A stretch of 64,000 nt of DNA from Phycisphaerae bacterium (GTDB lineage: Bacteria > Planctomycetota > Phycisphaerae > UBA1845 > Fen-1342). The first letter of the stretch is position 1, and each line of letters starts with the position of its first letter. Below, in pieces: positions 10,510-19,248 of this stretch. The DNA is taken from contig CAXXWX010000007.1 of NCBI GenBank assembly GCA_963675745.2, forward strand, positions 32,001-96,000, given 5' to 3'. Both the position numbers and the translations under genes were made by a program. The notes below the pieces were generated by a model. It was not told the DNA's origin, ran no database searches, and worked only from the letters and a program-made list of their open reading frames with translations.

Positions 10510-10589
10510 CGCAACCTGGCGCGCAGCAATTTGATTCTGTTGCACATATCGGGGATCTGGCACTAAGATCACGACAGACCCAGGTGGCA

Positions 10590-11576
10590 ATGAACATCCG
10601 CCCGACGACATCTCCGGAAGCGCTGGCAGTGATCGAACAGCCGGTCACCGCCGAGTGTACGATCGTTGACCCGGCATCCACCACTCCGCGGACCGTAACA
10701 CCTCGCCTGGCAGTTATTTATGCGGTCGCGGCGTATAGTGCCTGGGGGCTGGTCCCGATCTACTTCAACGCGGTCGCGCACGTTGGCCCCCTGGAAGTTC
10801 TGGCCCACCGCATCCTCTGGTCAGTGGTCTTTCTGCTGCCGTTTATCTGGCTTGGCCGGCGCTGGTCCGAAGTGTGGCAGGCCCTGCGCTCACGACGCGT
10901 TTTGCTGACCCTGTGCCTGACGACGCTGCTGATCGCCGGCAACTGGGGGATATTCATCTACTCCGTCGTGAGTCACCAGGTGATTCAGGCGAGCCTGGGG
11001 TACTTCATCAATCCGCTCATCAACGTACTGCTCGGCTTCGTGTTCCTGCGCGAGCGCCTCAGGCCATGGCAGGCCGTCAGCGTCGTGCTGGCCAGCATCG
11101 GCGTGCTCGCCTTTGTGCTCGCCAACAACGCGCTGCCGGGTATCGCGCTGGTTCTGGCGTTTTCATTTGGCTTTTACGGCCTGCTGCGCAAGACCGCGCC
11201 GGTCGAGGGGCTGGCGGGGCTGCTGATCGAAACGACAATTCTGTCGCCGGTCGCGCTTATCTACCTGATGTACCTCGGGGCCGTCGGACAGCGGGCTTTT
11301 GCCTCCGGTGACCTCGGGCTCGACTTCCTCCTGGCGCTGGCGGGAGTCGTGACCGCGCTCCCGCTGCTGTGGTTCGCCATCGCCGCCCGCCGATTGCGCC
11401 TGACCACGATGGGCTTCCTGCAATACCTCGCTCCGACGGGCCATTTCCTCTGCGCGATGTACTTCGGCGAGACGTTTACGTGGGGACACGCGGTCACGTT
11501 CGCGTTCATCTGGGTGGCGCTGGCCGTGTACTCCGCGGATTCGGTGGCGGCGGCGAAGCGCCGGCAGCCGCAGTAG
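10590..11576 (+). CDS. rarD: EamA-family transporter RarD
   Basis: EVLAHRILWS, SLGYFINPL, YGLLRK, GFLQYLAP. Confidence 0.92.
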   Translation: MNIRPTTSPEALAVIEQPVTAECTIVDPASTTPRTVTPRLAVIYAVAAYSAWGLVPIYFNAVAHVGPLEVLAHRILWSVVFLLPFIWLGRRWSEVWQALRSRRVLLTLCLTTLLIAGNWGIFIYSVVSHQVIQASLGYFINPLINVLLGFVFLRERLRPWQAVSVVLASIGVLAFVLANNALPGIALVLAFSFGFYGLLRKTAPVEGLAGLLIETTILSPVALIYLMYLGAVGQRAFASGDLGLDFLLALAGVVTALPLLWFAIAARRLRLTTMGFLQYLAPTGHFLCAMYFGETFTWGHAVTFAFIWVALAVYSADSVAAAKRRQPQ

Positions 11577-11586
11577 GGCAGTAGCA

Positions 11587-11618
11587 GTAGGGTACGTCGA
11601 GCGCAGCGAGACCTGCCG
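11587..11618 (+). repeat. GTAG-headed REP-like palindrome, copy 1
   Basis: GTAGGGTACGTCGAGCGCAGCGAGACCTGCCG between convergent genes; similar copy at 36203-36248. Confidence 0.6.
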
Positions 11619-11677
11619 CCTGTTTCCCGCGACGCGCCGCCCATTCTCCGCGACACGTCGCTCTTCGCAGCCGCTCC

Positions 11678-14600
11678 CTACTCCATCTTCCACTGCGGGA
11701 TTCGTCCCGGCGTCCACGGCGCGCCGGCCTGCTCGAGTTCGGCCTCGAGACGTTTCAAGTCGGTTTCGACAAGGCGACGCAGCTCCGAAAGAACCTCGGC
11801 GAACTCAGTGCCGGCATACCGGTACGCATCCTGCTGCGTCTGCGTCGGCCCCGTTGTCGTGTACCACTGGTTCCAGGCGACGTCATTGATGCGCGCGCTG
11901 ATCGATGGCGGAGTTGGCTCCATACGTTTGTTCCGCGTATCGTCGCCGCGCAGCCTGACGAGCAGCTTGTTCAGTTGCTTGTCGAGCGCATCGATCCTCG
12001 CCAGGAGTGCCGGGTCGGCGGCCGGCGTGTCGATGAGCGCCTTGCGAAGATGCGTCAGACGCGTACGGACCTCACCGGCGGTTCTCAACGCGCCCTCGAC
12101 CGCGCCGCGCAGTCGGGCGACTTTCTGCTGAAACGCGACCGACTGCGCACGTTCCTGCGCTGTCTGTGTAATCGCATCCAGCGGGACGACCTCAAACTGC
12201 TCCGGGACCGCCAGCGCGGTGATGATCCCATCAACTTCGCGACAGAGCGTTACCGCGTACTTGCCCGGCGGCGCCAGGCGGCCGACCGGGTCATCGTCCC
12301 AGGGATCGGGTTCGGGCGGTTTGATCTCTGTTGGTGTGATCGCCGGGAAGCGCAGATCCCACGCCACGCGCTGGAAGCCCTTCTCACGCGGCCCGGTCAC
12401 GCGCCGCACGACATTGCCCGCCGCATCGCGGACGATGAGCACGATCGAAGGCACCTTCTCCTCATCCTCAGCCCGCAGCTCTTCGATGGTCGGAACGGTC
12501 ACCGCACGTCCTTCGGCGCGGGCTTGCTTTTCAGCCTCCTGTCGCCGCTCCTTGCGCGTGGTGAGCTTTTCCTTCAGGTAATAGGTGAACACGGCGCCGA
12601 ACGGGGGATTGGGCGCGGCGAAGAATGACGCCCCCTGCGAGCCCTTGCCGTTGCGCCCGCCCAGCCGCGAACGTTCGATGTATCGCAACGCCGTCTTGAC
12701 GGGGAACAGCACCACGTCTTGCGCAAGCAGACTTTCAGTGACCGTTCGCAACGGCGTGTAGTCGTCAAGAATGTAGATGCCGCGGCCAAACGTGCCAAGC
12801 ACCAGGTCGTTCTCGCGCCGCTGGATAACCAGGTCGCGCACGGAGATAGTCGGCATATCGCCGGTGAGCTTGATCCAGCGCTGCCCTCCATCCACGGTGA
12901 AGTAGGCGCCGAATTCGGTGCCGGTGAACAGCAACGCGGCTTGCTCATGATCCTCGTCGATCGTGTAGACGATGTCCCGCGGCGGCAGATCGCCGGCGAT
13001 CGGTGACCAGTTGCGCCCGCGGTCACGGCTGACCAGCAAGTAGGGCCGGAAATCACCGTTCTTGTGATTGTCGAAGGCGGCGTAAACCGTGTCGGCGTTG
13101 TGCCGCGAGGCGAGCAGGCAACTGATATACGTCATCTCGGGCACTCCGGTGAAACGCTCCAGGCGTCGCCAGTTCTTTCCGCCGTCCTCGGTCACCTGGA
13201 TCAGGCCGTCGTCTGTGCCAACATAGATGAGCCCCTCGACCAACGGCGACTCGGACAGGCTTACCGCGTTGCCGAAGAACGACGTGTTCCAGTGTTTGGC
13301 GACGGCATCCGCGCTCTGGATGCGTCCCATGACCTCGAGCTGGTTGCGATCCAACTGCCGCGTCAGGTCGCCGCTGATTGCCGTCCAGCTATTGCCGCGA
13401 TCGTCTGAACGGAACAGCCGATTCGCCGCGAAGTACAGTCGGTGGTGGTTGTGCGGGCTGAGTATCAGCGGGCTGTCCCAGTTCCAGCGATCCGGCGGCT
13501 CGCCCGGCGCCTCATGCGGCTTGATATCGACGCGCTCGCCGGTGCGCTTATCAAAGCGAATTAGCCCGCCGTATTGCCATTGACTGTAGACGATGTTCGG
13601 GTCAACCGGATCGATCTGGGTCTTGTAGCCGTCGCCGCCCACTGTCTCAAACCAGTGCTCGTTGGCGATGCCGATGCGGTCGCGCGTGCGTGCCGGGGCG
13701 CCCAGCGTGTTGTTGTCCTGCGTGCCGCCGTAGACGTTGTAGAACGGTGCGGCCTCGTCGGCGCTGACGCGGTAGAACTGCGTTACGGAGAGGTTGGCCT
13801 TGAAGGCCCAGTTCTCGCCGAGCTCGTGACTTTCATAGACGCCGCCGTCGCAGCCGACCAGCAGATGGTTGTTGTTATCCGGATCGATCCACAGGGCGTG
13901 GTCGTCCACATGCCGGTTGTGGCGCGGTACGCGTTGGAAGGTTTTGCCGCCGTCCTCGGTCCGTTGCATGAACGTGTCGAGCGCATACACGCGATCGACC
14001 TTCACCGGATCGCAGATGATCTCGTTGTAGTATTGCGGGCTGGTGGTCATATAGTCGCTGCGCTTCTCCCACGTCTCGCCGCGATCGGTTGAGCGGAAGA
14101 ATCCGCCCCTGCCGTCGGCGGCCTCGATGATCGCATAGATCACGTCGGGATTCGGAGGAGAAACCGCCAACCCGATGCGCCCCATGTCCATCTCGGGCAG
14201 TCCGGTGGTGAGCTTGCGCCAGTGGATGCCGGCGTCGGTTGACTTGTATATGGCCGACTCCGGACCGCCGTCGATCAAAGTCCACACGCGGCGGCGGCGC
14301 TGATACGCCGATGCGTAGAACACGTCCGGGTCGCGCGGATCCATGTGTACTTCGTTCACGCCGGTATCGTCACTGATGCGCAGAACGCAGGTCCAGGTTT
14401 CGCCGCCATTGGTGGTCTTGTAGAGGCCGCGCTGTGGTCCGGGTCGCCAGAGGGGGCCCTGCGCCGCGACGTATACTGTGTCGGAGTCGCGGGGATCGAC
14501 AAGAATCATGCCGATGTGCTCGGAGTCGTTCAGCCCCATGTTCTGCCAGCTCTTTCCACCGTCGCGCGTGCGATAGACGCCGTCGCCGAACGCAACGCTG

Positions 14601-14980
14601 CGCTGGCTGTTGTTCTCACCGGTGCCGACCCAGACGACCAGCGGATTATGCGGGTCCATCGTCACGCAGCCGATCGAGAATGAGCCCTGTTTGTCGAACA
14701 CGGGTGTCCAGGTCGTGCCGGAGTTCACGGTTTTCCACACGCCGCCCGACGCAACCGCCACGTAGTAGTGCGCAGGATTGTCGGGGTCGACGGCAAAGTC
14801 CGCGACGCGTCCAGCCATCAGTGCGGGACCAAGCGAGCGCAGCTTGAGACCCGCGAATGTCTCGGCCGACATGAGCTCCTGTTCCTCTTCGGCCGGGTGG
14901 CTGGAAACCTGGTTCGGCTCACCGGGGGCCAGCGAGACGGTGATTGCACAGGCGCTGGCAAGGATCAATAGACCACGCAT
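11678..14980 (-). CDS. Secreted BNR/Asp-box (VPS10/sortilin-like) glycosyl hydrolase-family protein
   Basis: Many S/T.D.G.TW Asp-box repeats, signal peptide from MRGLLIL, helical C-terminus. Confidence 0.85.
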   Translation of the reverse strand: MRGLLILASACAITVSLAPGEPNQVSSHPAEEEQELMSAETFAGLKLRSLGPALMAGRVADFAVDPDNPAHYYVAVASGGVWKTVNSGTTWTPVFDKQGSFSIGCVTMDPHNPLVVWVGTGENNSQRSVAFGDGVYRTRDGGKSWQNMGLNDSEHIGMILVDPRDSDTVYVAAQGPLWRPGPQRGLYKTTNGGETWTCVLRISDDTGVNEVHMDPRDPDVFYASAYQRRRRVWTLIDGGPESAIYKSTDAGIHWRKLTTGLPEMDMGRIGLAVSPPNPDVIYAIIEAADGRGGFFRSTDRGETWEKRSDYMTTSPQYYNEIICDPVKVDRVYALDTFMQRTEDGGKTFQRVPRHNRHVDDHALWIDPDNNNHLLVGCDGGVYESHELGENWAFKANLSVTQFYRVSADEAAPFYNVYGGTQDNNTLGAPARTRDRIGIANEHWFETVGGDGYKTQIDPVDPNIVYSQWQYGGLIRFDKRTGERVDIKPHEAPGEPPDRWNWDSPLILSPHNHHRLYFAANRLFRSDDRGNSWTAISGDLTRQLDRNQLEVMGRIQSADAVAKHWNTSFFGNAVSLSESPLVEGLIYVGTDDGLIQVTEDGGKNWRRLERFTGVPEMTYISCLLASRHNADTVYAAFDNHKNGDFRPYLLVSRDRGRNWSPIAGDLPPRDIVYTIDEDHEQAALLFTGTEFGAYFTVDGGQRWIKLTGDMPTISVRDLVIQRRENDLVLGTFGRGIYILDDYTPLRTVTESLLAQDVVLFPVKTALRYIERSRLGGRNGKGSQGASFFAAPNPPFGAVFTYYLKEKLTTRKERRQEAEKQARAEGRAVTVPTIEELRAEDEEKVPSIVLIVRDAAGNVVRRVTGPREKGFQRVAWDLRFPAITPTEIKPPEPDPWDDDPVGRLAPPGKYAVTLCREVDGIITALAVPEQFEVVPLDAITQTAQERAQSVAFQQKVARLRGAVEGALRTAGEVRTRLTHLRKALIDTPAADPALLARIDALDKQLNKLLVRLRGDDTRNKRMEPTPPSISARINDVAWNQWYTTTGPTQTQQDAYRYAGTEFAEVLSELRRLVETDLKRLEAELEQAGAPWTPGRIPQWKME

Positions 14981-15036
14981 CGTTCTTCCTCTCGTTCGCT
15001 TGACGTATGTGGCGCACATACTGTGATTCCGTGATG

Positions 15037-16976
15037 TCAAGTGTAGCGGCCGGCGTTTGGGCCGAGCACGCGCTCGTCACCTTTTCGTTTCGTTATTCCC
15101 GCCGCGTCCAGCCGTTCGGCCATCGGCACGGCGAATTTGCGGGTTGTGCCCAGCAGCGTGCGCAGGGCGCTCATCGTCACGCCGCCGCCGTCACGAATGG
15201 CCGCGACCACGGTGCGGCTCAACTCTTCCCAGCGCTGCTCGTGCAACAGGATATCGTCGGAGATGCGCACCAGGCGCCCGCGCGCCAGTGCCCATTTAAT
15301 CAGCTCGCGCGCGCGCCTGGAGTTTTTGGGCGTGATCGCGCTGAGTGACGCCGGCGCCGGCGGCTGAAACCCCGCATCCGCGAGTTCGTCGAGTATCTGC
15401 GAGAGCAACGCTTCATCGGCCGGCGGCAGGCGATCGCTGTGATCAACCGGCACGACCATTTCCTTGTCGAGTGCCACGCACTCCTGGGCAAAGAGCCACT
15501 CGATCAGCGCCGGATGCAGCCGCGCGGGACAGGCTTTCGGCATCCAGGCCGGCCACTCGACCCGCGGCACTCCCGCCCGGCGCGGGTTGTCCGCCAGGTA
15601 TCGACCGAGCCGCTGCGCGAGTTGGGTCTGGAGCCTCTGCAAGTGGTCGGCGTGAATGTACGTTGGCGTGGACGACACCTCGATTACCTGAACCTGTTGT
15701 TTGCCGCGCAGCCGGCCAAGGAGATCGCGCAGCTCATCCAGGTCGCGCAGACCGGCGCGGGTGACCAGCCGCGGCTCGGCGCAGGTGTTCCACTCGGCGG
15801 CGCGTATTACTTCGGCCAGACGTGCTTCGGGCACATCGCCGGCCAGCGCTTGCAAGCCGGGCTGATGGGCGGGGTGTTTGGCGGTCCACGGCCGCGTAAC
15901 CGGTCGCAGGACGCGCCCGCCGCCGAGCGTTCGCGCGCCGGCCTCGTCGCGCAGTATGAATCGCTGTCCCCACGCCGCCACAACCGGCTCGGCGCACACC
16001 GAAGTTGGCCGAAGGTCTTCTGAACACGCAGGTCGGCGGGTGGTTCGAGCAACCTGAGCTCGGCGAGCAGTTCACGCGTGGCCAGATGCAGGCGCAGGCG
16101 GATGTTCTGCCGCCTGGTTTTGCCCGGCATGGTGAGCCATTCGATCTCCACGTCGAGGAAACGCGACGCCTCCAGATACCCGGGCGTCGCCAGCTCACAA
16201 CCCCGCTGAACATCTGTCAGCGGTATACTCGCCAGATTCGCGCCCAACCGCATCCGGCCCGCTGCCCGCCCGGCGTGTGCTCGATGCGTCTCCAGGTCGC
16301 GCAGGCGAACCAGCTTGCCCGCGGGCCAGAGCTCGAGCTCGTCCCCCGGCGCCGCCGCCCCGTGCATTACCGAGCCGGTGACTACCGTGCCGCGGCCGGT
16401 TATCGAGAATGCCCGGTCAATCGGCAGGCGGAACCACCCGCTTGTTTGCGGCTGGTCATCGGAGCGCGCCAGCGACAGGAGACAGGTGCGCAGCTCGTCA
16501 ATCCCGCGACCGCTCTCCGCCGACGCGCGCAACACGCGCAAGGGCTCGAGGTTCAGCGATCCCAGCAGGTCACGCACCTCTTCCTCGACCGCGTCGGCCC
16601 ATTCGTCATCGACCAGGTCCATCTTGTTCAGCACGACGACGCAGCGGCGTACGCCGAGCAGGCTGAGCAACTCCGCGTGCTCGCGCGTCTGCGGCATGAC
16701 AGAGTCGTCAGCGGCCACGACCAGTAGCGCGACATCGACGCCGGTCGCCCCGGCCACCATGTTGCGAATGAAGCGTTCGTGCCCCGGCACATCGACGAAG
16801 TACACGGTTGCATCCTCGGCCCGCAACACGGCGAAACCGAGGTCGATGGTCATGCCGCGGTCCTTCTCCTCGGCCAGCCGGTCGGGGTCCGTGCCGGTCA
16901 GCGCCAGCACCAACCGGCTCTTGCCGTGATCTATGTGTCCGGCGGTGCCGATGACGATTTGCCGCGGAAGTACCAT
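15037..16976 (-). pseudogene. selB: Selenocysteine-specific elongation factor SelB, split by a frameshift near 15995 (real lesion or assembly error)
   Basis: GTAGHIDHGKS, DVPGHERFIRNMVAG and NKMD in one frame; EPVVAAWGQRFILRD...TLGGG and the winged-helix end LGTTRKFAVP in another. Confidence 0.88.
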
Positions 16977-17072
16977 GATGTTGACTCTACCCCGCGGGCG
17001 CGCTTGTGACCAGCCGGCGCCCGGCACGGGGGAGGTGCATCAGGCCGTGTACCGCCCCATCCCCCGCGTTGA

Positions 17073-17891
17073 CTATCTGCCCAATGCCCGGCTGCGCTCA
17101 AACGCGGCAACGACACCCGCAACGATGTCCTCAAAGACCGCGTCGTCGCGCAGCCGCGCCATGGCGGCGGCGGTCGTGCCACCCGGCGACGTGACTTTCT
17201 CGCGCAGCACACTCGGCGGCTCGCCCGCTTCGATCATCATGCGCGCCGCGCCCAGGCAGGTCTGCCGCGCGAGCAGGTTGGCGTGCTGCGGTGAGAGGCC
17301 GATGCGCGTGGCGGCCTCGATGATCGCTTCGGTGAAGAAGTAGTAATACGCCGGCCCGGTGCCGGAGACCGCGGTGACGGCGTCCATCAGGGCTTCATCC
17401 TCGATGTGTACGCTCTTGCCGCCGGCGTCGAAAATGCGCTGGGCGCGCAGCAAGTCGGCCTCGCTCGCGTGTTGCCCGGGATGCACACCGGCCATCCCCG
17501 CGCCGACATGGGATGCCAGATTCGGCATAACTCGCACCACCCGCGCCTTGATGTGCGGCAGGGCGGCCTCGATCGCCGCGGTTGATACGCCCGCCATGAT
17601 CGACACCACCACCTGATCTTCGCGCACCAGGTCGGCGAATCCTTCGATCACCTCGCGATACAATTGCGGCTTGACCGCCAGCAGGAGGATGTAGCTCTCG
17701 CGCACCACGTGCCGGTTGTCCTCGGTAACCGCGATGTTGAAGCGGTCATGAAACACGGCCCGGCGCTGCTCGCTGGGATCGGCTGCAATAATCCGGTCAT
17801 CCAGCAGGATGCTGTTCCGCAGGACGCCGTGAACAATGCCCTCGGCCGCGTTGCCGGCTCCGATCACGCCGATCTCGTATTGTGCGAGCAT
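17073..17891 (-). CDS. proC: Pyrroline-5-carboxylate reductase
   Basis: IGAGN, LAVKP, RVMPN, TAVSGTGPAY, VTSPGGTT. Confidence 0.96.
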   Translation of the reverse strand: MLAQYEIGVIGAGNAAEGIVHGVLRNSILLDDRIIAADPSEQRRAVFHDRFNIAVTEDNRHVVRESYILLLAVKPQLYREVIEGFADLVREDQVVVSIMAGVSTAAIEAALPHIKARVVRVMPNLASHVGAGMAGVHPGQHASEADLLRAQRIFDAGGKSVHIEDEALMDAVTAVSGTGPAYYYFFTEAIIEAATRIGLSPQHANLLARQTCLGAARMMIEAGEPPSVLREKVTSPGGTTAAAMARLRDDAVFEDIVAGVVAAFERSRALGR

Positions 17892-18021
17892 GCGCCTACT
17901 CCTTCGCGTTGTCTGGCGACCCGTATGCTATGAAGATGACGGGGGCGCGTAAACGGTTGCGCCGCTCGCCTTCATGCTACAATCAGCGTGGAGCAGCTTC
18001 CCTCGTTGGCGAGTTAAGTGC

Positions 18022-19182
18022 ATGTCGAGGAATGGCCGAGTGGTAGTGGCGATGTCGGGCGGCGTGGATTCGTCCGTCGCCGCCTGCCTGCTGAAGGAGC
18101 AGGGCTACGCCTGCGTTGGAGTGTTCATGCGCGTCGGCGCCGAGCACGCGGCCGGCGAGGCGTGTGCGGTCCCGCAGACCGGTGAGCCGGCGCGCCGGTT
18201 GAAGCACGGCTGTTGCTCGGCGGCCGACGCACTCGACGCCCGGGCGCTGGCCGGCAAGCTGGGCATCCCGTTTTACGCGCTGAATTTTGAGGCTGACTTC
18301 AACGGCCTTATCAGCGAGTTCGTAGATGAGTACGCCCGCGCGCGCACACCAAATCCGTGCATTCGCTGCAATATCGAGCTCAAGTTTGGAAAGCTGCTGC
18401 GTTATGCCGACGCGCTGGACGCCGAGTTCGTCGCTACCGGACATTACGCTCGCGTCTACCCGCGTGACGATGGGCGCCCGGTTCTGGCCCGCGCGCGCAA
18501 CGTGGCCAAAGATCAGTCATACGTGCTCTTTGGGATCCGGCGCGGCGATCTGCCGCGTTGTCTGCTGCCGTTGGGCGAGATGGCTGACAAGGCCGAGGTC
18601 AGGCGCGTGGCGGCGTCGCTGGGACTTGCCGTACACGATAAGCCGGACAGCCAGGAAATCTGCTTCGTGCCGGGCGGCGACTACAGGCAGCTCGCACGTC
18701 AGCGGCGCCCCGGCGTGCGGCGGGACGGGGAGATTCACGACACCTCAGGCAACGTGGTCGGCCAACACGAGGGTGTGTATGCCTACACGATCGGGCAACG
18801 GCGCGGGCTGGCGCTGGCCATGGGTTATCCGATCTACATCACTGAACTGAATGCGGACACCAACCGTGTGATCGTCGGTCGCAAGGAAGATCTGCTTCGC
18901 GCCGGTTTGGTCGCCGGCGATGTTAACTGGCTCGTTGATCCGCCCTCGGAAACCGTGCCCGCTGACATCAAGATCCGCCACCAGCACAAGCCGGTCGGGG
19001 GGAACATTCGAGTATTGCCGGACGGCGATGTCGAAGCACGCTTCGATCAGCCGCAGATCGCGGTCACGCCGGGACAGGCCGCGGTGTTCTATGACAACGA
19101 AGGTGTTGTGCTGGGCGGCGGGTGGATCCACCGTGCGCTTCGGGAACCTGTAGCGTCCGACGCCCCTGTCGGACGTGATTGA
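18022..19182 (+). CDS. mnmA: tRNA 2-thiouridine(34) synthase
   Basis: AMSGGVDSS, TPNPCIRCN, ATGHY, KDQSY, DSQEICF, VTPGQ. Confidence 0.97.
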   Translation: MSRNGRVVVAMSGGVDSSVAACLLKEQGYACVGVFMRVGAEHAAGEACAVPQTGEPARRLKHGCCSAADALDARALAGKLGIPFYALNFEADFNGLISEFVDEYARARTPNPCIRCNIELKFGKLLRYADALDAEFVATGHYARVYPRDDGRPVLARARNVAKDQSYVLFGIRRGDLPRCLLPLGEMADKAEVRRVAASLGLAVHDKPDSQEICFVPGGDYRQLARQRRPGVRRDGEIHDTSGNVVGQHEGVYAYTIGQRRGLALAMGYPIYITELNADTNRVIVGRKEDLLRAGLVAGDVNWLVDPPSETVPADIKIRHQHKPVGGNIRVLPDGDVEARFDQPQIAVTPGQAAVFYDNEGVVLGGGWIHRALREPVASDAPVGRD

Positions 19183-19248
19183 CCGGCGTGCATTCTGTCA
19201 ACGTCACGGCCGACTCTGGGAGCTGGCGACACTGTCAGGTGAAACGCC

